This document shows, in pieces, positions 14,019-27,100 of a DNA stretch of 64,000 nt. The DNA comes from Nageia nagi (lineage: Eukaryota; Plantae; Pinophyta): contig JBITNC010000002.1 in the NCBI GenBank assembly GCA_050084985.1, positions 25,482,001 through 25,546,000 of the forward strand. Direction: 5' to 3'. The notes under the pieces are model-generated. The model was not told the origin of the DNA. It worked only from the letters and a program-made list of their open reading frames with translations, and ran no database searches. Within the stretch, counting starts at the first letter, position 1. The number at the start of each line of letters is the position of its first letter. Made by a program: the position numbers and the translations under genes.

Positions 14019-15152
14019 TTGAAATGCTTATACATTATATAATTGAAAAGATGTAATTATATTTAATTGTAGTTGCTATTTGTTTTTAAGTCCTCTCTTT
14101 TAAATATAGTAGAGAGAACATAGAATAACCAATACAAGCGTAGCGATTTTATTATACAACTTAATTATATGAGAAACAATCATTCAAATACTTAATTGAT
14201 ATATATTTACTTTTGAACAAAATTTGATAGGTCCTACAAACCAAGGGGTTTCAAAGGACATTAAAAGACTTATCTATTAATCATGTTCATATCAAAAACT
14301 AGAAACCAATAAACTAAAAGTTAAATGTCAATATTACATCTCTCAAAATGTAAATCACATGTAAACAATATAATACACAACAAAAATATTATTGAAGACA
14401 ACAAAATGCTTATAGAAAATAATCTTTTTTTACAATTACAAAAGTATGAAAAATATTATTTTCTTCTAATAAATAGAATCTTTATCTAATACTACATAAT
14501 GCAATATAAAATTAACATTCCACCAATAATCACCTTCATAATCTTTATACTTACATCAATATTTATAAAAACACCTTTATAATAATAATAAAACACAAAT
14601 AAAAAAATCTAAAAGATTACAAAATAACTTAATTTAAATCTTAAATGTTTAAAATACACAAGTTTTACTAAAATTTAATACTTTTTAACAGTTACGTAAC
14701 AATACGCACATATATAAATGAAGTAAGAAGTTAACCGGTAAAGTAAAACTCCAAAGGTTTAAACAGTCATATCATTAATTTACTTTCTTCCATTTTCTGA
14801 GGATTGTGCAATTAATTCCTCGCTGATTCACATTCCACCTCCTCCAAATTTTTTTGATCCATGATTGCGAAATCTGTGCATAAGCAGCAGCTACGCTTTC
14901 TGATTTGTTCATCGATTCATAGCAAGATCATCCGATTTCTCTCTTCCACATAGCAAAACTGCAAATAATTATTTGCACGATTGTTTTTGCTATTGCTTTT
15001 GATTTGCGGATCAGGCGATGGTATAGCTTTTTGAAGAAATTTTCATCTTCAGATCTGGATGTATAGATTTGTGAGGGTTGAGTGAACAAATCGTGTTGGA
15101 AGTAGTTGGTTAAGTATTCGGATCAGATAATTTTTGTATAGGATTCGCACTT

Positions 15153-15184
15153 ATGAACGCTTTCACAATGGGGACCCGATTGAG
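15153..15184 (+). CDS. AP1G: AP-1 gamma exon 1 (32 nt coding, [10 protein letters not shown](R))
   Basis: ATG at 15153; matches the plant N-terminus MNPFSSGTRLR. Strong donor AG|GTAAGT at 15185. Phase 2 fits exon 2. Confidence 0.9.
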
Positions 15185-18100
15185 GTAAGTATTTGTAGTC
15201 ATATGCTTAATGTGTTGTTTACTTGCGAAATTTTACTATGGAAGAGCAAATATGAATGTATATTGTGGAAGATCTAGGTATTCGAATTTTTGAATTGAAA
15301 ATGTAACATACGATAGAGTCAGAATGCAAAGTGTGGGGAATTTAAGGATTTCGCATGCTCCAGGGTTTAAGAATGGAAGGGGGACAAATTTAGGGTTTGT
15401 TCAGTTGAAAAATGGAAGAAGTGGAGAAATTAGGGTTGGTGAAAAATGGAAGAAGTGGAGAAATTAGGTTTGGTGAAAAAACAAAGTTTGAGGTGTTTTG
15501 GAGGTTGTTTTTGTTTTTGTTAGGTAACTAGGCGTCAATTTGGCCTTCATTTTTATGAAGAATGGAACATAGTTGGTCTTTTTAGGTTTCTCTGTATTTC
15601 AAGCAAGCTCTATTTCTTGATTCACGATAAATGAGACATTTTTGGCGTATTCTAGTGTTTGATTCAGCTTTCCAGGCATCTGCTGTTGCAATCGTGAGGA
15701 AATTCATTTTAATTTTGATCATGGCGTTATTGAGCAGCTCTGGGGAGTTGCCGAGAGTAAGTTTTCTTAAAAAGTGATCTCAGGTCAGCGTATGAGTTCT
15801 AATGTGGTTAGTACTAAAGAAGAAGGACTTGATCTTATTTTTCAAGCGCACTTCAAGCTAAATACTTTTCTACCGTATTGGGGATTTCTATAGCCTAGGA
15901 TCGAATTGGTGTTTGTTTAGTAGATTTGGCATCAAGGACTATTGCGTGTTCTTCTTAATACCTGAATTCTGTTGTAGCGCCCCCACACATCTCTCTCTCG
16001 AGTTATCTAACTAGAATTACAAACAAGGTTTTATAAATTTATATCTATCCACTGTTATGACCACTTGAACGCTTTCTTCTTGACTGGAACAATGAAATAC
16101 TCATTCTTTCCTTATCGAATGCATTGATGACCCTGATCTTTATGAACTCTGTCTCACTTTAATTGTCATTAACTAATCCCCTGTAAGAAGCATAAAAAGG
16201 ACAGAGATGTAAGATGGCATTACGTTGTATCTTCATCTACTTGAAAACTGCACTTCCTCCAATTTGAAAGATATGCCATCTTGCATCTCCATGCCATATC
16301 TTAGGCTTTTCGGATCAGCACACTCAATATCATATTATCTCCTATTGATTGTTCAATGAAGCGAAGTTTTTATCATTTTTAGTCCTATCTATCTGATCCA
16401 ATAAATTGGAATGCGAGTGAACATGTTTGCGAAAGTAAACCAGCAGCATACCAGAGTCAGCTGAAAGGAAAACACTTTATGCATGTAGCTGCCTGACTGG
16501 CTGGCATGAATTCATCTCTTAATGGGCCTGCCTGTGGTCTCTCGCTTGAAACATTTCTCTTTGCTTCAAGCTTTTATGACCCTTTGCTCACTCAACCTTC
16601 TGAAGTAGATTTTCTTGATAGTGAAGTCAGTCAAGAAGGCCTTTGAATATCTGATGATTATATATCTGATATGGAGCTATGGCAAGCCAACTCTCTATTG
16701 CAGTTATTCACTTATTCTCTATAGGCCATATGATGAAGCACTCACATTCTGGACAAATTACATTTAATAGGATTAAGTAAAAGTTACTCCCTGGACAAGT
16801 AAGCTAATGTTGTCACCCTATTTGCTTGTGAAGAGAGTTTTTTTGTAATGAAATATAGAATATTGGTTTTGGCTGCAGTTCTTACTACGGTCTATGATGC
16901 TATCAAGGTTTAAGTTTATCATGACAACGAAATGGATAAATAGAGCATTTGAAATGATCGAGGTTTGGAAGCATGCTTCAGATTAAACATTCAAGTATTT
17001 GTAATACAACTGTTGACTGTCCTGTACTTTTTTATCTTTGATATTTGAAAAGTTATACTGATCTCCAGCTTGAGTATAAACATGTTATCTATATTCAAAA
17101 GCAACGGTTGGATTTAATTGTAATGATGCATTGAGTTCAATTGTGCTTTAGTCGAGTACAAGTTTCAACCTTTTAAATGAAATTATTAACAACTCCATTG
17201 GTACTTGGGGTTTGGAGAGCATGTTACGAGTCCAGCTGTAGATCTTAACTGGAATAATTTACAGCAATCACAAAGTGAAAGTGAATTTGCTGGAAAATTT
17301 CTTAAATAGGAGTGCTAGATACTTGAATGAAAATGTCAGAAAAAACATAATGTCAATAGATATGTACCCTTGGCCAAAACTTTGGATTGAAAATTTTAAC
17401 TAAAGGGCCAAACTCTGAACTTATAGACTACTTACAAAATTCTTATATGTTTATTTCGCTTCATTTTTGTTTGAAATGTTGAAAAATAGGACAGTTCACT
17501 ATGCATAAGAGAATTGCAATATGATTTTCCCTTCCTTGAGAAGGTACAGGCTTCAGCTCACCTCCATGGATTGTATGGGTGCTGCACTTGGCCAAAACTT
17601 TCTCCAATACTGTGCTGAAATATTCCTTGCAAAAACCGGCAAACCCTGAGGCATTAATTTTTCAGTCCTTTATTCGCGTGTGACTATTAAGTTAATTTGA
17701 TTTATCTTTAGCTTCAAACATTTTCTACCTTTGAACCCCTCTGTATACCTCAAGTTTCTTGTCCTTAGTCATGTGTCTTTGAGCCCTATTGACCTGCTTT
17801 GATTTCTTGTGGACATTAGTAAATTCTTTAAACAAAAGAAAGCAAAATTGATTAATGGAAAGATAGTATTTCTATGATCCCCAGCTTGGACCTTTTAAGG
17901 GAAGGTCTTAACATTGGTTTTTTCTGTGGTTGGTAAATGGGGGATTTGATAATGACTAGGCACCCATCTCATCTGCACTATTAACGATCATTGATACTTT
18001 TTACAATCATGATTATACTTCAATATTATCCATGATGTCATCATTGAGCACCAGCATCATCACTGTAAGGTGCAGCTGGGATTTGAACATTGGTCCCATC

Positions 18101-21100
18101 GGCAGATAAACTACTTTCTTGGTACCTTATTTCTCAACCATTTCTCCTGATGCTTAAATATGTTCTTCCCGTCAATCAACAGGTAGCCTTGGTGATAGGT
18201 ATGTATTCTCAGTCCGGGCGTAACCTTGGTGATAAGTCCTAAAAACATCTGCATATTCATTAGTCATCTGCTGAAGCCCTTTTCTCTATCTGGATGTTTC
18301 CTTGTCAATTCAACATACAAACCTTCCCTAGAACTACGCTGAAATATAAAATAATTCACATTTTGCAAGCCTTTTGCTCATTTTATGTGCTTAAATAATT
18401 TTCATTATACTCTCTGACGGCCATATGATAAATCAGTTTTCTTTCCTCAAATATGCACCGCGCAACCTCTGATTTATTTAGTTTCATTTGTTCTTTTATG
18501 TTGATTTTCTCAATTCCTCCTTCTAGCAAAAGGGTTATGATTTTCAAATCAATCAACTTCTTTTCTCGCTGGTCATGTAGTCTTGTGCACATTTTCTCTT
18601 CTTCGTTATTCCATTCTCCTCTTTTCCTTCGTTCCAGGAGCTTAGAAATGCTTCACTCATGTCCTTCGTGGTTTCTGTCATTTCTTTGAATGGGTTTCTA
18701 ATTGCTTACTTAAGTGAATAGGCTTTTTGATACTTCAAATTATTATCATTATGGGAACTGTAGAAGGTGTCGATCATTGATGATGTCATACAGTGTTAGC
18801 GCAACTGTAAATTGATGTATTTGTCATCCTGAAATTAAGATTTATTGTCTGAAATTGAATCTGCTGGGAAATATCTGAAATGGAAGTGCTATGTGTTTAA
18901 ATAAACTTCTGGAAAATGTAAAATCTGAATATTTGTGAAATATATGGCAATCCTTTAGAAATTTTAGTTTGAACTTAAAAATATTTATAAAAAGGTGAAG
19001 TCAACATTAAACGTCCTTTGAACCTATTGGTTTGTAGGACCTATTAAGAACTTTTATATCACCAATTTAGCGGGTGGGAGTTGAACTTGGGATAAAAGAC
19101 TTCTATTCAAAAGACCTTTGCTTTTTCTTTTTGTTCTAACGATTGAATTGAATCAAAAGTCTACATGCTATAGTAGAATAGAACTCCAATATGATGATTC
19201 AGAGATCATATTCAAGCAATAATATAGCAGACAATTAACTTTCTTTTGTAGGTAGTGGCTCCAGCTCTGTTTGATCAACCTCCAAGTGTAGTGTTCGTGC
19301 TGCACTTGGCCAATACAGTATCCTAAATTTGTGCCCAATCATATTTTCCTTGCATAAAGTGGAATAGTCCTGTGGTGCAACATATATGTTTCTATATCCT
19401 TGATTATCTCATTCATAAGGGATAATTACTTGTTGGCTAACAAAAAGGAAACCTAACTTGCATAAATTGTGTTAATTAATAGAAAACAAAACTTATCAAT
19501 GTGAATATTGTGAAAGAACAGAAAATTTGCAACTGATGTGAAACCCTGTTAATTCATTGCTACTTTATTGAAGTGGATAATTGTTTATGCCTTTTGAGAG
19601 AGGATAGGGTGATTTAGTTTTAGTTCACTTCTATTCCAGACCAAATGTTACTTTTGGCAGACAGTGTGTCAGAAGAGAGTAGAATGGTGCAGTGATTGAG
19701 AGTAATGTTACCAACAAGAGTGGTTTATGCTGTTCAAAAAGAGCACTGGGAATTCCATAGCCAGATATTCATACACTATTTAATACCAACATGCACATTG
19801 TTGGAGTGGTAGGTTGAGCATTTTAATTTGTCCTTAAAATCTCCTGAAAAGGTGGCATCCCCTCATACAGTAGTTGAAACAATAGCAATTTATTCTTCTG
19901 TATTTGCTCTTATTATAGGTTCTGAATTCACAAGCATGGTTAACAAGCATATTGAGTAAGGTAATTTTGGGAGTACTCTGCCCAATATTTTCCAATTTTA
20001 GACTTTAGGCAGCTAGAGTAGTGACCAATCGATATTGGGGTTACTGAACATACTCATTGATATGCTTGGAATGCTTTTTTTTTGGCGTTTTATGTGCACG
20101 CCTTTACCGAATTCTTTTGTCTCGATAAATATGATTTAGTATTTCAACTTTGATTCTTATTGGTGCTGTTTACTGCCAATTATGCCTAAAATACTCCTCT
20201 CAACTTGAAAGGCTTCAACCTTGAAGCAGGGTTGAATTTTTGTATGCATCTTGCTAGTAGTATGAAAACGCATAAAATTGTGTCATCCTGTTTGTCTAGT
20301 GTTATTTTTATTAACTTTTTTTGTTTGCATTTTTAAGGAAAAAATTAGAAAGTGTCTTGTTTCATTAAAATGGTTCAACTGTCCAAAAAGCTTTGTTTTT
20401 GTTGGTTGAAATGTGAATCATTATTGGCATAGAAGTGTTCAACCATGTAGTGTGAGTGTTTTATCATTGTAACAGCCTTAAAATTTGGATCTATGCACTT
20501 ATTTGTAATGTATTCATTGTTTCAATTGAGGTTTGTGTTATGCTGGGTCTTTAAGGTTGCTTCTGATTGGATTGTTGTGGTCGACCATCAAACCCTCTCT
20601 TGTGCTATATGTTCATGATGGACTATTATAATGAGTTTTCCACTAAAACATGATTGGATATCTGATGTGAGGCAGGCTTGATCATGTCTGTATACCATGC
20701 CAAATTACGTGAAATATTAATGAGGATATCCATTTTCATGCTTATAAGCGTGCTTTGTTGAAACCCTTGTATCAATGAGGAAAAGAGTAGAAAAAGAGAA
20801 ATTGAGTTGATGTCTGCAAGTGACAAAGGAGGTCATTGGGAGCAGTAAATACTCCAAAGATAATAAGGTGTAAATTACAAATTCCCAAACATTGGCATTA
20901 TGTATAACATCATGTGGATCATCAACAATATTACAATGCAAACATTATATAAATTTAGTGTTCTTATAAGTGTCACAAAGATGTGGAAATGACTGTGTAT
21001 TGGAATGCTCCATTAATCAAAATAATTGGGAAATTTCTAGAGATCTTGATTGGATACCAAGGTTGACACTAATGGGTGCCAAGAGGTGAAGCATTAAGAT

Positions 21101-24100
21101 TATTAATAGTCAATAGAAAGGAGCCAATGCAAACTTGGATATCATCAATGGGAGAATGGATGGGGCTAAGAGGTACAAGCTAAGCAATTATGGGATGGTG
21201 TGAAAAAGATCTTCCAAGTTGTGGCCATTGCAACTATGGGTGAAGTGAAGTAACTGACCCACCATGTGCAAGGATAATGAGTGTTTTGTATCCTACCTAT
21301 GACAAGGAGGAAGAGCCCCTTGATAGTTACTCTTACTGGAAGATCCAAACTGAAATAGTTGACATTGTGTGAAGGGGCTATCATATCATATACTGAGTGT
21401 TTAGTGTCTCCCTTTGTTGGAAGAGGGTGGAAGAAGGCAATTAGTTCAGTAGTTTGTGGCATGGTTCGACAATGTGGAATCAGCCAATAATTGATTTAGC
21501 CAATTCGGAGATTGATCGACGATTCAAAAATTATGTGGCAAAAAGAACCAAAACCAAAACTGCTTTTAGATATAGTGCATCATATTTTTTACTTTAAAAA
21601 TGAACAATACAATGTTTATGTCACCAAAATACATAACAAATAGTTTATTACAAAATGTGGAAGTGCATCATTTTTTTACATTAAAAATGAACAATGCAAC
21701 GATTATGTCATCAAAATACATAACAAATAGTTTATTACAAAATGTGGCATAATGTATGGCAATTATATAGCAAACAAAATTTCAAAAAAAAAAAGATTTT
21801 AAATTAAGGAAAACATTATTTTTGCATTAAATATGAAAAAATACATAGTGTTTTTATCTTTTTTTTTGTAAGACCAAAAAAAGGCCACTTGGTAAATTGA
21901 AGGGGTTTTTTATATAGGAAGCCAAAACTTGTTAATACAAATTTGCAACAGCTTGAGCAACATGCTGCCACTGTTTTTTGGGCAACAAATCGCTATTACT
22001 TATATCAGATTACATTTCTTACATGCTATTTGGTATATTGAAAAAGGATAACCAATCTTACACATTTCAGACTCATGTTTAGAATTTTATTACAAATTTA
22101 GAGTGTTCTTCCTAAATGCTACTTGGAATCCCAAAAAATTGGGCATTCATTTCTTACATATTTCGATCTTTTGGAGAAGCTTTATCCCTTGAATGGATTT
22201 GCTACTAAAATCGTATTGCTTAATTCATAAGTCTTCTACGGTCATCTCATTGTTTCCCGAGTTTAGGGAGAACTCCTATTCCAAAACTATCCAAAGTTGA
22301 TTGTTTGTCGTCTGCAACCTCCTTAATTGTTTCTTTCTCTTCTCTCCTTCACTTGGGCATCCAACATGTCTTTGTTCTTTATCAACTTTCTTTGATGCAC
22401 TTTGCGTTATCTGAAAGTTATTTTTGAAGAATTACATTTCTTTCACCATGGTCTCTTCAATGTTCAACTGATTCTCCATATTCATATGATGTGTTACTAT
22501 CCTTTCTCTGTTAAGTGATTTCTTCTTTGTTATCGACTCTATCCAACTCTCATTATCAACATAATCTTGATCTTTTGTCAGTCCAAATGTGAACATTATG
22601 TAATCATTTGGCATTGCGATGACCTTCACATTGCCCTTGATATTCCATCATAATTTTGCCCATTTTTGGATCAAATTGATGTTTGGTCGAGCTCCATGGA
22701 GCTTGCCTACTAGTCTATAACATCCTCTTTCCTCTGATTTATCAATAATACCTTGTGGGACTTTGAGGAAGATCTTATCGCCCCCTTTTTCTATATCCAA
22801 TAGAGGGCCATTATCTGTCTTTGCCTCTTGTGAGAAGAGGCTTCTCCATGAATGCTAAGTCGCTTCCATCATTTTCACATCATTAAGACCCCATGTTGAG
22901 GGGTAACCATAGCTCCCAAAAAGGTAGAGAGAGCTGAAGGCTCACGTTCAAGGGAAAGGGAGAAAATTGTGAAAGGTTACAGAAAGCGAAAGGGTAGAAC
23001 GTACCAAAACAAAGTTAATTAATGAATAAAATACTATCTTACAAAGCAAGTGTTGTATTTTCCTTTGAATCTTCAATCGCACAATACGTAGTGCTTTTAC
23101 CACCAAAATACATATTAAAATGTTTATTACAAACACATCACGAATGTGTCCTCTTTTTCCTCTTTACCTTGGTAGTTGCTATGGGTATTTGAGCCATGTT
23201 TGGTGGTTGTTTCATGGCTCCAAGTTCACATGCTATCTCCTTATCAATATGTTCCAAGTCCTCCTCTAAAAAAGAGTCACTTTGTACCAAATTTTCGCTT
23301 TCAATTTCTGTGATCCATTTAGAAGAGAAATCAATCTCATCCAAATTGATCACATCCCATAAGCTCCATTTATTTGTTTGTGGCATAGCATGTGATTGTA
23401 ATGCACATACACCAAGTCATTCAGCCATTTTTGAACCAACTTGATGCACCTTTTGGAGTGTATGTGCTCAAATATACTTCAATTCGCCCACATATGAAGA
23501 ATTTAAGATGCCATGGTCAAACAAAGCAGTTGCTACGGTCAAACATAGTTGCTGTATGGAAGAATGGAGTTTCCCCGATTTGAAATTGAGTTATTGCGGT
23601 CAGGAATAGTGCAAAAGTTGAATTATCGCACTTTGAGGTTGATGACATCATTAGAAGCTTTGCCATGATGTGGGGCAAGATAAAAGGCAGAATGTTACGC
23701 TTTTGAGCTACTGACTTGCAATGCAAAGCCGAGAAGACAATAGGGCAATGTTGTGTTTTTGCAAGGATGATGTCAACCGAAATGTTGTCACGATGTGGCG
23801 TAGGGAAAAGTCGGTATGTCGCACTTTCCATAGCATGATGTCAACAAATATATTGCTACAATGTGGCACATGGAGAATAATGCCGAGTGTCATGCGACAA
23901 GAGCAATTACGTTAGCAAAAGGATTGTCAAAGCGCAACACAACAAGAAATGCACATGTGTCGGGCGACAAGACATATGATGTCAGCAATAAGAATACAAA
24001 TTAGGATATCTCACTACTAAAAGCACAAAACAAGAATTTGATTGATACCCAAAAGCTAATATATGGAATTAATGATAAGAAATACCTCAAACCTACTTCA

Positions 24101-27100
24101 AGACGCCTGTATGAAGATGTCGAGTCATACACAATCTCTTGACCGCATGAAGAGAATGAAAACAGAAATTTGCAGAGCAAACAAAATGTTTTCTATTATG
24201 AGTGTTGAAAATGGCAACATAACATTACAATAATCTCTTCTACGTTTATTACAAAGGAAAAAATAAGTCTTATTTTTAGATAAAAAAGGTGCAGTATTGG
24301 AGAGTCCAAGAAATCTAACAGATCACAATCCGTCCAAAGAATTACAAAAACATAAATGAAATCTATCTGAAAGGGATGTGTGACCATGTCTGTGCATCCA
24401 AACAAGATCTGATCAGATTGTGAGCATTAAAGCTCAACTACATGCTTGCAAAAGGAAATAAATGCCAGTAGATGAAGAAGTAGTCCGTTGCATTGTAGCC
24501 GTTGGAGGATATGTGCATGTGTAGACGATGCGACCAAAATGAGAATTCAAACTTGAACATTAAATTCCTTCAACATATAGTAGAATTGTCAAGTTGAGAC
24601 AAAATTTGAATTGCAAGTTGTTGGAGGAGAGGTGCTTTCACTTCAATGAACTCCTACCATACAATTGAAAATCAACAAAATAATACTAAATTAAAAAATA
24701 ATCACATTTTAGAAAACTTGAAATCTTGAAACATAACAAGAAGATAAAATTAAAATTACTTAGATTTTCAATTTCATGTGACTTTATGCATTCTATACTC
24801 AAGAAAAGATAACCCTTAACTTTCTAGTAATTTTGCAACATGTTTTCCTCATTTTGGATCATCCTCTTGAGGCAAAGATAAGGCCCAATTAGAACATCAT
24901 CATTGGCTACAAACGGTGGGCTATAAGAATATCTATAATTAAGATAGTAGCCTATTGCATGAATTAGAACTTCAACTATTTACGGTCAATCAACTCTCAA
25001 AAAGAAAGATATTTGGCCTCTACGTGTTTAAATAGCTTTCAGTAGCCTCTTTCGCCTTGTCCATTGCCTCATACAAATACCCCATTAGTGATTTGTTTGT
25101 GTATTCAACTATGCAAAGAACTCTCACCAAGGGTATAAGTACCTAAATATATGAAAAAACAAATATTAGTTAAAATTAGAAATATGAGCTGCAAAAAGAA
25201 GATCCAAAAAAATTGAAATCATGCAATTGAACCACTACTAACCTAGATGACTTCAAGTGAAGTCTTTGAAAAACCTTTATCAAAAGTAATGTTTGTGATA
25301 AGAAGGCTTTTATATGTAGCAAAAATATTAGGTTTTGATCATTCCTGAGAAGCAAACATCCTCTTCACCCCTGCCCTTTGAAATGAAGGCTCTTCTCACC
25401 TTTGCCCTTTGAAATGAAGGCTCTTCTCACCCTTGCCCTTTTGTAATGAAGACTTTGCAAATTAATAAATTTGGTGGCAAGTGTAATATTTGGTCGAATG
25501 ATCTCCCTTCCATCTGTAAGTTGCCTCAGCAAGTTAAGAACCTAAGAATGATTTTAGATAATTTTTGTTATTTTCTTGGCACTGGTTACTGTTTTGTTGA
25601 GCCAACTAATTTCCTCTATATCCTCCAATATAAAGTCAATGCAATGAGCTACACAAGGAGTCTAAAAAATAGTAGGAAACCTCTTGTCAAGAAGTCTTTT
25701 TGCTGCTACATATATTCTTGCATTATCAGTGATAACTTGGACCACATTTTGTAGCTCAATGTCCAATATTGTCTCTTCAATCTATTCAAATAATATTCTA
25801 CCTGATTTTATTTTATTGGCAGCATATATTGATTTCAGAAACACAATAGCTCCTAAAGATACCAGAAAATTGATGAGAGTTCGTCCTCTTCCATCTGTCC
25901 ATCCATCAAATATAGTTCAACCCTTTTTCACCCATATTTGTTTTTGCTCCTCAACAAGCATATGCACACCTTTTGTTGGGGGTTTGAACCTGCATCAACA
26001 ACTATCAAAGCATTCATCATAGTATGATGAATTTGCAAAAGAAAATGTTATGTTACAATTATACCAAAAATTAGCCATTGCTTTTTTGGCCTCTGCATGC
26101 ATTTCCTTATTCCGGCTAGTTGCCTGAAAAGCTTGTTCGCCACTTGCAATGTTACAAAGAATATAAAATGAGCAGGCTGCCGAGTGGGATTGTGAGCTAG
26201 ATTCTGTTGCAGTAGGATGATGAACCCTAGGCCCCATGTTGCTAGTGGTGGAATCAGGAATTGGAGGTGCAGTGCTAAAAATGTTACCTTTTGCTTTCTT
26301 CATTTTTCGTTTTTTTTGCTTCCTTTCAAAAAACATTTCAAGGTGAACATTCATTTCCCTTATGACTTTTGGTTGCATGGTGTGGCATATTTGCACATCC
26401 CTGCCCAAAAGGCAAGTGAGATGTTATTTTACGTGGTTGATTGCACCACGTATAACCTAGCCACAGTAATTACAGTCAATCTGCCAAGCCACCTGCTTCA
26501 CAAGTTTCCACGCTGGGTCTCTTCAATGATTCTTTGCTTAAATTGGAAGCTGCAGTTGTAAAAAACAGTTGTGAGTCGGGACTGTTACAAAAAATCAGGT
26601 GTTATGTTTTAGTATAACTGATATTGTTTTGAACTTTTGATTTTTGACTGTTACTGTAGAAAAGTAGTAACAGTTTTGACTGTTACTGTAGAAAAACAGT
26701 AACAGTTTTGACTGTTACTTAAAAAAACAGTAACAGTTTTGACTATTGTTCTAAAACACAGTCCAAAAACACTAACAGTAAAAAAAAGTCAAAAAACAAT
26801 ATGCTCTAGCATTGACCATATGCCCTAACATTGACAGCAAAACGACAGTAAGGCCTAGGATTGACAGCAAAACGACAGTAAGGCCTAGGATTGACAGCAA
26901 AACGACAGTAAGGCCTAGGATTGACAGCAAAACGACAATATGGCCTAGCATTGACGGCAAAATGGCAATATGCCCTAGCATTGACAATTTTAAATTTTAT
27001 TAGTGTAAATTGACATTTTTGACATTAGATTTTGTCTTATTGGTTCGTCTGACTTAAAAATATACCTTAGCTTCTTATGGCTGCTACATCCATGGTTGGA

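Noticed and set aside
16080-16780. Intronic C/D-box snoRNA candidates (TGATGA..CTGA-like words)
   Set aside because: No terminal stem or recognisable rRNA antisense element; such words are common in AT-rich DNA.
26772-27003. Repetitive ORFs on both strands and a CRISPR-like appearance
   Set aside because: They come from a head-to-tail 30-bp minisatellite with no unique spacers, in a eukaryotic context.
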